58,470 nucleotides of DNA from assembly GCA_964503755.1 (NCBI GenBank), contig CAZDBO010000002.1, forward strand, positions 194,261 to 252,730. Reading direction: 5' to 3'. The stretch comes from an uncultured Candidatus Saccharibacteria bacterium (lineage in GTDB: Bacteria; Patescibacteriota; Dojkabacteria; JAOAGR01). Below the pieces are notes generated by a model. That model did no database searches, was not told the origin of the DNA, and saw nothing but the letters and a program-made list of their open reading frames with translations. Positions 49,986-58,470 of the stretch are shown here, piece by piece. The position numbers were made by a program, and so were the translations under genes. Each line of letters opens with the position of its first letter. Position 1 is the first letter of the stretch.

Positions 49986-51749
49986 ATGTTAAAAAACAAC
50001 ACGAAAAAAGAACTGAATATATTGACTAAAACAATTCTCATTGGTGGTGCAGCTGGTGAAGGCGTCAAAAGTAGTGGTCATTTGTTAAGCAGATTATTAA
50101 TTAAGCATGGATACAATGTTTTTTTATATGATGAATACCCATCTTTGATCAAAGGCGGACATAATTCAGTTCGTATTACTTACTCTATATACCCTGTTTA
50201 TAGTACGACAAAATTAATAGATGTATTAATATGTCTTGATGATAAAACTTTTGAAGAACATAAACATGAATTAAATGAAGGAGCAATCATAATAGTAGAT
50301 CCTAAGATAGTTAAACCTAATATAGATGATTTAATCAATATTTCTTGTGAGATCTTAGAAGTCGAAGTATCACAAATATTAAGACTACACAAAATCCATA
50401 AATTGATGAAAAATCTGTGTTTTATAAGTTTCTTTTGCAACTTAATAGGAATAGAACAACAAAAATTAGTTGAGGAATGCAAATTGGTATTTGATAATAT
50501 AAAGAATATTGACCCTAATTTAACAGCAATAGATCTAATATACAGATACACAAGTGATTGTTCAAATTTGTATAAATCAAAATTTTTTTCTAATAACCAA
50601 AATACGTTAGTAAATAATCTATTTTTATCTGGTAACGAATTAGTAGGTATCGGAGGTATAGAAGGTGGAATAAAATTTTATGCCGGGTACCCAATGACTC
50701 CATCCTCAACCATACTAGACTTTTTTATAAAGTGGCAGAAAGAATATCAAATAGTTGTTAAGCAAAGCGAAGATGAGATCGCAGCTATAAACATGGCAAT
50801 AGGTGCATCATTTGCTGGTGCTCGAAGTATGGTAGCAACATCAGGAGGTGGTTTTAGTTTGATGGTAGAGGGATTAGGATTAGCTGCCATAACAGAAACT
50901 CCTCTTGTGATAATAGTATCTCAAAGACCAGGACCAGCAACAGGATTACCCACATGGACAGCTCAAGGAGATCTGCAATTTGTATTACACGCTTCACAAG
51001 ATGAATTCCCAAGAGTAGTATTTGCACCAACATCACATGATGAAGCACGAAAAATTACACAAATAGCTCTTAATATTGCTGATAATTACCAAATACCTGT
51101 GATTATTTTATTAGATAAATATCTATCAGAAAGTTTTATAAACTATGAATGGAAAGACACAACGATACGCAACAGTCGCACAAGTCTCCTAACTGAAGAT
51201 AAATTAGAACGAATGCCGGAATACAAAAGATATGAAATTACTTCAAACGGAGTGTCAATGCGAACCATACCAGGACAGAAAAATGGTATCCACCTTGCTA
51301 GTGGAGATGAATCTGATGAATATGGGTATCCAAATGAAACAGCATCAAACCGTAAAAACAAAGTAGAAAAACGATGGAAAAAAGTAGAATTTATAGGAAA
51401 AGAAATACCAGAAATAAATGTTTATGGTTCTCCAAATGCGGAAATAGTTCTTATAACATGGGGTAGCACTACTGGTAGCATACTGGAAAACATAAGACGA
51501 CTAAATAATAAAAATATTAAATTAATAGCATTAAATACTTTATTTCCATTACCATCAGACGATATAAAAGAAGCCATCGGACGTTATGAAAAAATTTTTT
51601 GTGTTGAAAATAATTTCACAGGTCAATTAGCACAAATATTAGAATATGAACTAGAAATTGAATTTACAGGAAAATTATTAAAATACGATGGTAGGCCAAT
51701 TTTTCCAGAAGATGTAATTGAATTTTTAAATGAACAAAATTTAATTTAG
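49986..51749 (+). CDS. korA: 2-oxoacid:ferredoxin oxidoreductase alpha subunit (fused gamma-alpha)
   Basis: GGAAGEG, YPSLIKGGHN, YAGYPMTPSS, EDEIAA, TSGGGFSLM, QRPGPATGLPT; substrate not resolvable. Confidence 0.93.
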   Translation: MLKNNTKKELNILTKTILIGGAAGEGVKSSGHLLSRLLIKHGYNVFLYDEYPSLIKGGHNSVRITYSIYPVYSTTKLIDVLICLDDKTFEEHKHELNEGAIIIVDPKIVKPNIDDLINISCEILEVEVSQILRLHKIHKLMKNLCFISFFCNLIGIEQQKLVEECKLVFDNIKNIDPNLTAIDLIYRYTSDCSNLYKSKFFSNNQNTLVNNLFLSGNELVGIGGIEGGIKFYAGYPMTPSSTILDFFIKWQKEYQIVVKQSEDEIAAINMAIGASFAGARSMVATSGGGFSLMVEGLGLAAITETPLVIIVSQRPGPATGLPTWTAQGDLQFVLHASQDEFPRVVFAPTSHDEARKITQIALNIADNYQIPVIILLDKYLSESFINYEWKDTTIRNSRTSLLTEDKLERMPEYKRYEITSNGVSMRTIPGQKNGIHLASGDESDEYGYPNETASNRKNKVEKRWKKVEFIGKEIPEINVYGSPNAEIVLITWGSTTGSILENIRRLNNKNIKLIALNTLFPLPSDDIKEAIGRYEKIFCVENNFTGQLAQILEYELEIEFTGKLLKYDGRPIFPEDVIEFLNEQNLI

Positions 51750-51751
51750 TT

Positions 51752-52600
51752 ATGAGCATTAACTTAAATAAAAACACAAATATACATACAAACAAAAAAT
51801 GCAGATGGTGTCCTGGTTGTGGTAATGTACCGATCTTATATATGTTGCAAAGAGCTCTAACTGAATTAGATATACCAGTAGAAAAAATAGTGATTGTTTA
51901 TGATGTCGGATGTCACAGCAAGGGTGCTGAACTTACAAATGTTTATTCGTTTTATGGATTGCATGGAAGAGCATTGCCAGTTGCTCAAGGAATAAAGCTT
52001 GTAAATCCTGATCTAAAGGTAATTGTAATGTCCGGTGATGGTGGAGGACTTGGTCTTGGTATAGGACATTTGATTCATGTGTGCCGAAGGAATATAGATA
52101 TTACTTACATATTACATGACAACCAACTTTATGGGCTAACAACCGGTCAAGCATCCGCTAGGACAGAAAAAGGAGTCAAGACAAAAAGCACACCAGATGG
52201 CAACTTAGAAGATCCAATACATCCAATTAAGCTTCTCCACTCTGTTGGATGCAGTTATATAGCACGCACTTTCAGTGGACATCCACATCATTTATTAGAA
52301 ACTTTAAAAGATGCAATAAAACATAAAGGATTCTCTTTTGTTGATGTATTACAACCATGTATAACGTTTAATAAACACAATACTTATGGCTGGTTTAATG
52401 AACGAATAAAAATAATTAAGGATGAAAATAATTTACACAATATTTATACAAGTGATAATTTAGAGGAAATAACTCTTGGAGTATTTTGGAGAGAAAATAA
52501 AACTTGTTTAGAGGATGAAATCAGTATAGGAAAAGTAGCAAGTGATGAAATAACACAAACACCCGATATGAATAAAATAATACAGCATTATAAGGTTTAA
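51752..52600 (+). CDS. korB: 2-oxoacid:ferredoxin oxidoreductase beta subunit
   Basis: WCPGCG, LHGRALP, GDGG TPP motif, DNQLYGLTTGQ, QPCITFN. Confidence 0.93.
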   Translation: MSINLNKNTNIHTNKKCRWCPGCGNVPILYMLQRALTELDIPVEKIVIVYDVGCHSKGAELTNVYSFYGLHGRALPVAQGIKLVNPDLKVIVMSGDGGGLGLGIGHLIHVCRRNIDITYILHDNQLYGLTTGQASARTEKGVKTKSTPDGNLEDPIHPIKLLHSVGCSYIARTFSGHPHHLLETLKDAIKHKGFSFVDVLQPCITFNKHNTYGWFNERIKIIKDENNLHNIYTSDNLEEITLGVFWRENKTCLEDEISIGKVASDEITQTPDMNKIIQHYKV

Positions 52601-53700
52601 AAAACGCTTTTTGTACCCAATTCTATCTGAATCTCCGAAAATATAGCGTTATTTATCTCTATTTCAATATTAGTTTGATTAATTGATAGTAAATATTTAA
52701 TGATACTTAAAGTATAACTATCTTTATAATTACTTCGTACTAAAACTTTAGTTTTGTTTCGCTCTTCCTCAAATGTGTCAACAGATGCAATGTTCAACCC
52801 ATAATTACTTAGTAAATTCGTGTATCTATCAGCTATATAAGAATCGACAGCATAGTTATGAATAGAGATTCTAGCTTGCTCTTTTCTTATCTGTAAATTG
52901 TCAATTATTCTAAAAATACCAATATCATCAATATTATTAATGTTTTTCTCTGATTTTGTCGAATAAGAATTAATATTATTTATCACATATTTGAAATCTT
53001 CTAGACACAAATTAGTGAATAAATTTTCATTATCGGCATCATAATTGAAATTACTTAAAAAAAATGTTCTCTGCCATAGATTTTTGGCTGAATTTAAAAA
53101 ATCATAAAATGCGTCATTCTTTGAATAAACAACAAAATCAATTTTTATATTCATCTGATTTATTGCAAAGTATTTTATTGAATCAATAAGTTTTCGTTTT
53201 TCCAAATAAACCTCATTGCGTCGAATAAAATCGTATAATTTACCTGTATTACCAAAATTATCAATAACAAAATCAACAACTGAAATGTCGAAAAAATAAT
53301 AATTACTTTTCTCCATTTTAGAAAAAATATATAAAAATGCTCCTTTCTTAATATCCGACTCATCTATTAGTAAAAAAGTAATTAATGGATTTTTATAATA
53401 ATTTTCATCACATTCGCTTTTGAAATAGGATACCTGATTAAATAACTCATTCTCTAGGAATTTTTGTCTATACATCAAAAATGTTACCGCAATGAGCGTT
53501 AATAATACAAATAAAATACCCAGATATATCCACCACCTTATTCCTTTTGAACTTTTGAAATCGTAATTTTTTGTATTTGTAAATGGTGATGATTTTTTGT
53601 TTTGCTTGATATGATTTTTTCTTTTACTCTTATCTAAAAACCGCAATAAAAAATCTGCAATAACCTTTAAAATTAGTTTACTTTTATTTATATTTTTCAT
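52597..53700 (-). CDS. Single-TM protein with a degenerate LCP-like region and a LytR C-terminal-like domain
   Basis: TM, NIKIDFVVY segment as in LCP proteins, ISIHN...A..Y..LL..YGLNI..V as in LytR_C. Confidence 0.5.
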   Translation of the reverse strand: MKNINKSKLILKVIADFLLRFLDKSKRKNHIKQNKKSSPFTNTKNYDFKSSKGIRWWIYLGILFVLLTLIAVTFLMYRQKFLENELFNQVSYFKSECDENYYKNPLITFLLIDESDIKKGAFLYIFSKMEKSNYYFFDISVVDFVIDNFGNTGKLYDFIRRNEVYLEKRKLIDSIKYFAINQMNIKIDFVVYSKNDAFYDFLNSAKNLWQRTFFLSNFNYDADNENLFTNLCLEDFKYVINNINSYSTKSEKNINNIDDIGIFRIIDNLQIRKEQARISIHNYAVDSYIADRYTNLLSNYGLNIASVDTFEEERNKTKVLVRSNYKDSYTLSIIKYLLSINQTNIEIEINNAIFSEIQIELGTKSVF

Positions 53701-53705
53701 AAAAA

Positions 53706-54665
53706 TTAAACAGGAATATTAGTGAAATATTTTAAAAATACATCAGAAATAGGCGCTCTAAATTTATAAATCTTACCGTCATAATTTATAAATTCGATAG
53801 AATATGCATGTAAACATAACCTACCAGACGTCAAATGATTATTCTTTATTTCTTCTTTTAATTTTTTAAACATATATATATCATCACCCAACACTGGTGC
53901 ATTTAGATCTTTTTGATGTACTCTAATCTGATGAGTACGACCTGTAAGTATTTGTACATCAAACAGGTATAAACAATATCCATTTAATGTCTTAAAATCC
54001 AATACTGTAAATATACTTTTAGCATATTTTCCTTGTGATTTTGCATCTTTAGAACTAACAAAAAGCTTACGATCAAGAGGATGTCTATAAATATATGATG
54101 AGTGTTCAATAATTTGATCTTTATTAAAAAATTGTGCTTTTGAAATGCCAATTGATAAGTATCTTTTCTCTACTTTTCTCTCTGCAAACTGTCGAGTTAA
54201 CCACCAAAGAGATTTGGGATTTTTAGCAATAATCAAAAGTCCTGATGTGGCTTTGTCTAATCTATGTACGATACCAGGCCTAAGCATATCACCAGGCAAA
54301 TCTTTATAAAGCGTAACAATTTTGTTAGCAATAGTATCATTTTGTGAACTCGAAGTAGGATGAACAGAAACGCCCTCAGGTTTATTTATTATGAGAAAAT
54401 CATCGTTTTCATAGATAATATCCAAATCAAATTTATCATTATACTCAATCTTTTTTGTAACAGGTTTTATATCTGGAAACTCTATCACATCTCCAGGACA
54501 CACTTTATATCCCGCCTTATAACAAATTTTTTCGTTAACCTTAACTTGATTACTCTCGATTATGTCTTTAATACATTTGCGCGTTGAATAAGGTATTTTG
54601 ATAGACAAATAAAGATCTAGTCTTTTACCAACATCGATATCATCAAAACTCACCTCAAATCTCAT
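53706..54665 (-). CDS. rluD: RluA-family pseudouridine synthase with S4 domain (RluD-like)
   Basis: GKRLDLYL, INKPEG, IVHRLDKATSG (catalytic Asp), TGRTHQIRVH, LCLHA. Confidence 0.9.
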   Translation of the reverse strand: MRFEVSFDDIDVGKRLDLYLSIKIPYSTRKCIKDIIESNQVKVNEKICYKAGYKVCPGDVIEFPDIKPVTKKIEYNDKFDLDIIYENDDFLIINKPEGVSVHPTSSSQNDTIANKIVTLYKDLPGDMLRPGIVHRLDKATSGLLIIAKNPKSLWWLTRQFAERKVEKRYLSIGISKAQFFNKDQIIEHSSYIYRHPLDRKLFVSSKDAKSQGKYAKSIFTVLDFKTLNGYCLYLFDVQILTGRTHQIRVHQKDLNAPVLGDDIYMFKKLKEEIKNNHLTSGRLCLHAYSIEFINYDGKIYKFRAPISDVFLKYFTNIPV

Positions 54666-54669
54666 AAGT

Positions 54670-55497
54670 TTATTTTCTCCTTTTGTTTTTGTTTTTTCGT
54701 CTAGTTTTATTATTATTTTTTTTTACTCTTTTTTGAGAATTTGGATTTGCAATATTATCCCCTGCAATATTCAATTTAATCTCGTCTTGAGTAATGTTAA
54801 TTTTTTTGTTTACTGTCTTATCTGGACTAACATTTGAAGGAGATATTACAACATTTTTTTTCAAATCATAAATATTTTTATATTTATCAATGTCAAAATT
54901 ATTAAAAAAATCAATTAATTTTCTAGCAAAATCACGCAAATATACAGATAAATTTTTTGCAAAACTACTTTCCTTATGTACATGATTATTTTCAATCTTT
55001 TTATAAATTTCTGATGTCTCTAAATCTACATTAGTGCCACAATCAGGACAATATTTATGAGTATAATCAATAACATAGCCACAATTTTTACAATTAATCC
55101 TGTTTTGATATCCACAATTAGTACAATATTTTTGCCCTTCTAACAACATATGATTACAATTAAGACATATAGATATCTTTCCTGCAACACCAAAGAAAAA
55201 TTTTTTCTCAAGATCAAGAATATTTTTTTCTTCAATAGTATAAGGTGAACGAATAATACGATAAAAAAAATATCCAACTACACCAGATACTACGAACAAA
55301 ATAAAAATAAATATATAAATTATAAATGACCTAACACTATATCTTTTTATAAAATCGATAAATCCAGCAAAACCGAATAAAATCCAGATTATTAAGAAAA
55401 CTAAAAAAATATAAAATCTAACAGTATCAGATGTTTTTTCAGTATCTAGAAACAAATAATACGCTAAAAAATTATTTAATACATCACTTTCATTCAT
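54670..55497 (-). CDS. Membrane protein with a double zinc ribbon and basic tail
   Basis: 2 TMs; CLNC, CTNC, CKNC, CPDC. Confidence 0.75.
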   Translation of the reverse strand: MNESDVLNNFLAYYLFLDTEKTSDTVRFYIFLVFLIIWILFGFAGFIDFIKRYSVRSFIIYIFIFILFVVSGVVGYFFYRIIRSPYTIEEKNILDLEKKFFFGVAGKISICLNCNHMLLEGQKYCTNCGYQNRINCKNCGYVIDYTHKYCPDCGTNVDLETSEIYKKIENNHVHKESSFAKNLSVYLRDFARKLIDFFNNFDIDKYKNIYDLKKNVVISPSNVSPDKTVNKKINITQDEIKLNIAGDNIANPNSQKRVKKNNNKTRRKNKNKRRK

Positions 55498-55565
55498 AAT
55501 TTAATTTTAATACAAAGAGAATAAAAGTAAAAATATTGAAAAATAAATCAAATTGTGATCAGAAT

Positions 55566-56135
55566 TTAATTAGCTTTAGAAATCCTTTCGGAGTAAGTTA
55601 TATCATCTGTATTTACCTTTATTACATCGCCAATATTTATAAACAACGGTACTTGTATCTCTAGACCAGTTTCTAACTGAGCTTTTTTCATAGCACCAGA
55701 GGTAGTATCGCCTTTTACTGCAGGCTCTGTATAGGTTACTTTGAGATCGACAGATTTGGGAATCTCAATATTTAAAGGATTACCCTCAACAAAAATCATA
55801 ATAACCCTCTCTCCCTCGGGAACAAACATTAAAGATTCTTTCACTCTCTCATAATCAAGCTGATATTGTTCATAAGTTTCATTATCCATAAAATAAGCAT
55901 AAGTTTCATCATGATAAAGATATTGAACTGTTTTTTTAGATACATTCACTTGTTCAAAACGCATTTGTTGGCTAAAACCTTTTTCTACAGTAGCACCTGT
56001 TATCAAGTCACGTGCTTTGACTTTGACAGTACCACTACCTCTACCCATCTTGATAAACTCATAATTTATAACAACCCAAATTTTTCCTTCGTATTTAAAT
56101 ACTGTGCCGTTTCTTAGATCATTTGCCCAGAGCAT
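55566..56135 (-). CDS. efp: Elongation factor P
   Basis: ANDLRNG, KMGRG loop, YFMD.ETYEQ, PAVKGDT, LETG..VPLFI..GD. Confidence 0.95.
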   Translation of the reverse strand: MLWANDLRNGTVFKYEGKIWVVINYEFIKMGRGSGTVKVKARDLITGATVEKGFSQQMRFEQVNVSKKTVQYLYHDETYAYFMDNETYEQYQLDYERVKESLMFVPEGERVIMIFVEGNPLNIEIPKSVDLKVTYTEPAVKGDTTSGAMKKAQLETGLEIQVPLFINIGDVIKVNTDDITYSERISKAN

Positions 56136-56179
56136 AAGCAATGATTTATATCATTACAAAAACGGTTAGTCAATTTTTA

Positions 56180-58470
56180 TTACTGTGCATAAACTATCAA
56201 ATAATCAAAACTTACATCACTTGTCATCATAGTATCAATAATTATCTTAAATCCAATTCCATCCAGTTTTTCTACTCGATAACTTATATCCGTGTTTACA
56301 GGTGTTACAAATATTTTGGCGTGTTGATTAACATTTTCATTTTGAACCAATACCTCAATCCCACCTGCTAAGATAGTTGCTGTACCAATATTATTTTGCA
56401 CAATATTAATACTAATCTTTTCTGTTACAATTTCCTTAGCTTTTAGTATACCATTAACTGTTAAATTACCTTCTATGATCAACTCCTCTGATATTTCATC
56501 ATATCTCATCGATACCATTTCAATTCTCAATACACCATTTATTCTCACATTCTTATCCGTAAATATATTATTCTCATCATCACCATCAACCTCAAAATAT
56601 CTATAACTCTCCACTTTTTCATTCAATTCTTTTATTGCCTGTATTGTGAATATCATCATATAACTATCATATCTCACGCCTTTATAACCATTATCTAACG
56701 TTGCTGCCAACTCTGGAAATACATCTTCTACCTCCTGAGCTATCAATCCATAATTTAACTCATCGTTTGTACCATCTGTCCAATAAAATGATACAGGACG
56801 TAATTGTAAAAACTTATCTAATATATTTTCAACATTATTTATGTTTGTCTTCAATCTTATGTCTGACGAACAAGTACCAGCTATCTGTGTACCCGACCAA
56901 TTACGTACACAATTATTAACCTGTACCTCACCATTAACTGTAAGACGATAAGATGCAGTCAGATTATTGATAGCAACATTACCACTTGGATTAACAACTA
57001 ATGTTCTCTGCATCACAGACAATGGCCCATCAACTCTTATTCCTCCAAAACCCACATTTAAGTCACTATGTACATTTAAACTTTTCCCAATATTTACATA
57101 GTCATTTACATTTATATTATTTGATCTAATACTCCCTGCCGATAATGAATATATCTCAGCCCCTAAAGTGTCTATAACATGTATGCCATTGAATCCATCA
57201 GACAAATAAACATGATTTCCATAAATGAAAACATGATAAGCATTCCCACCAGAATTATTGAAAGTCGTAACCAATGTGGGGTTTGAAACATCACTAACAT
57301 CTATTACATCCATTCCATCGTCATCATTTGCGACATACGCATAATTTGATGATAATGTAACATATCTAGCATTATCAGAAGTATCTATAGTAGATACTAA
57401 TGTAGGTGAAGACGGATTAGATACGTCTATTATCACTAAACCATTCGTTCCATCTGCTATATATGCATACCTTCCCACCACATAAACATTATTTGCTGTA
57501 CCTGTAGTATTATAGCTACCAATCAGACTTGGAGACGCCGGATTTGAAACATCCAATATTAATAATCCCGCACTACCATCTGCAACATACAAATATCGAC
57601 CAACTATAAATACTCCATAGGCATTTCCTGATGTATCATAATTGCTAACAAAACCAGGATTAGGCCAGTTTCCTATGTCTAATATTTGTATTCCGCTTGT
57701 ATCATCAGCTACGTATGCATATCTACCCGAAATAACAAAAGCATAAGCATTACCTGTAGTATTATATGATCCATCTAATGTCGGATTGCTGGGATTAGAA
57801 ACATCTAACCTTAAAAAACCTGCTGCACCGTCCGCAACATAAAGGTATCTACCAGCACGATAAACCCAATAAGCATCACCAGATGTATCATAAGTAGTCA
57901 ACAAACTAATATTAGCAGGATTAGAAACATCTAAGATTCTTATTCCTGAAATACCATCAGCAACATATGCATATGTATCAGATACATACGCACTTACCGC
58001 AAAACCACCTGGCGTATCATAAGTTCCAATTAAACTCAAATCTATAGGATTACGAACTCTTAATTTCCCATTATTTATATCCAGTCGACTACCAGGACTA
58101 CTAGTCCCAATACCTACTCTACCATTTGCATCTATAAACATCCTTTCTGTATTGTTTGTTCTTATTGACAGTCCTACATTATCCGTTGTCCCTATAAAAT
58201 TACTACTCGGATTTGTTCCACTATTTCCTGTTAAACTCCAACCTATGCCATTAAATGATCCAAATGTTCCATTTCCCAATAGTACATCATTTGCATTACC
58301 TGTGAAGTTCGTTATCAATAGATTTCCACTACTATCTGTCCTCAATATCGCTCCATTCGCTCCTGATGCATAGTTTGCAAATCTTGCTGTACCGGTTGTG
58401 TGTAATTGAGCTGACGGACTTGTTGTACCTATTCCTACATTGCCATTATGATGTATCCACATTGCTGTTT
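56180..58470 (-). CDS. Partial giant surface/tail-fibre-like protein: LVIVD beta-propeller, peptidase S74 intramolecular chaperone and an extra C-terminal domain
   Basis: Frame stays open to the window edge (..TAMWIHHNGNVGIG); GNVGIGT motifs; SSDIRLKTNI..L.PVSF.W..GLIAQEVE..PELA. Confidence 0.85.
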   Translation of the reverse strand, partial: TAMWIHHNGNVGIGTTSPSAQLHTTGTARFANYASGANGAILRTDSSGNLLITNFTGNANDVLLGNGTFGSFNGIGWSLTGNSGTNPSSNFIGTTDNVGLSIRTNNTERMFIDANGRVGIGTSSPGSRLDINNGKLRVRNPIDLSLIGTYDTPGGFAVSAYVSDTYAYVADGISGIRILDVSNPANISLLTTYDTSGDAYWVYRAGRYLYVADGAAGFLRLDVSNPSNPTLDGSYNTTGNAYAFVISGRYAYVADDTSGIQILDIGNWPNPGFVSNYDTSGNAYGVFIVGRYLYVADGSAGLLILDVSNPASPSLIGSYNTTGTANNVYVVGRYAYIADGTNGLVIIDVSNPSSPTLVSTIDTSDNARYVTLSSNYAYVANDDDGMDVIDVSDVSNPTLVTTFNNSGGNAYHVFIYGNHVYLSDGFNGIHVIDTLGAEIYSLSAGSIRSNNINVNDYVNIGKSLNVHSDLNVGFGGIRVDGPLSVMQRTLVVNPSGNVAINNLTASYRLTVNGEVQVNNCVRNWSGTQIAGTCSSDIRLKTNINNVENILDKFLQLRPVSFYWTDGTNDELNYGLIAQEVEDVFPELAATLDNGYKGVRYDSYMMIFTIQAIKELNEKVESYRYFEVDGDDENNIFTDKNVRINGVLRIEMVSMRYDEISEELIIEGNLTVNGILKAKEIVTEKISINIVQNNIGTATILAGGIEVLVQNENVNQHAKIFVTPVNTDISYRVEKLDGIGFKIIIDTMMTSDVSFDYLIVYAQ
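57165..58040 (-). repeat. Seven ~42-aa LVIVD-type protein repeats
   Basis: Y[DN]T.G.A..V...GRY[AL]YVADG..G[LIF].[IL]LDVSNP..P repeated 7 times. Confidence 0.9.

Noticed and set aside
56141-56371. 76-aa + strand ORF between efp and the giant gene
   Set aside because: Overlaps the 3' end of the minus-strand giant ORF; no support

Overview
Gene-dense, strongly AT-rich bacterial chromosome segment read in genetic code 11. The gene content suggests a Patescibacteria/CPR-type organism (inference): type IV pilus genes with no secretin in the window, comEA/comEC/dprA, giant surface proteins and terse intergenic spacing. Housekeeping genes include glyA, gyrA, gyrB, def, rodA, yidD, hpf, a HrpA-like helicase, ung, pepF, ruvCAB, nfo, a YhaM-like gene, a two-subunit 2-oxoacid:ferredoxin oxidoreductase, rluD-like, efp, a Xer-like recombinase, tRNA-Pro(GGG) and tRNA-His(GTG). 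A type IV pilus/competence system is split across the window: a minor-pilin run, an embedded response regulator, a giant adhesin and pilMNO sit between gyrA and gyrB, with pilB-pilT-pilC, dprA and a comEA-comEC-ruvCAB operon elsewhere. No CRISPR array, rRNA, IS element or intact prophage is visible. Most notable observations: (1) PilT has a ~295-aa Q/N-rich, prion-like N-terminal extension; (2) the only long intergenic region (42259-42985) holds an SD-led 22-aa hydrophobic ORF, an upstream anti-SD and several hairpins, a type I toxin-antitoxin/attenuator-like layout; (3) a 1788-aa membrane-anchored protein fuses a lysozyme-like and a VanW-like domain; (4) -10 boxes sit 6-10 nt before start codons at many operon heads, implying widespread leaderless mRNAs; (5) the YhaM homolog has QD in place of its HD motif. 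All calls come from motif recognition by eye; no searches were run.
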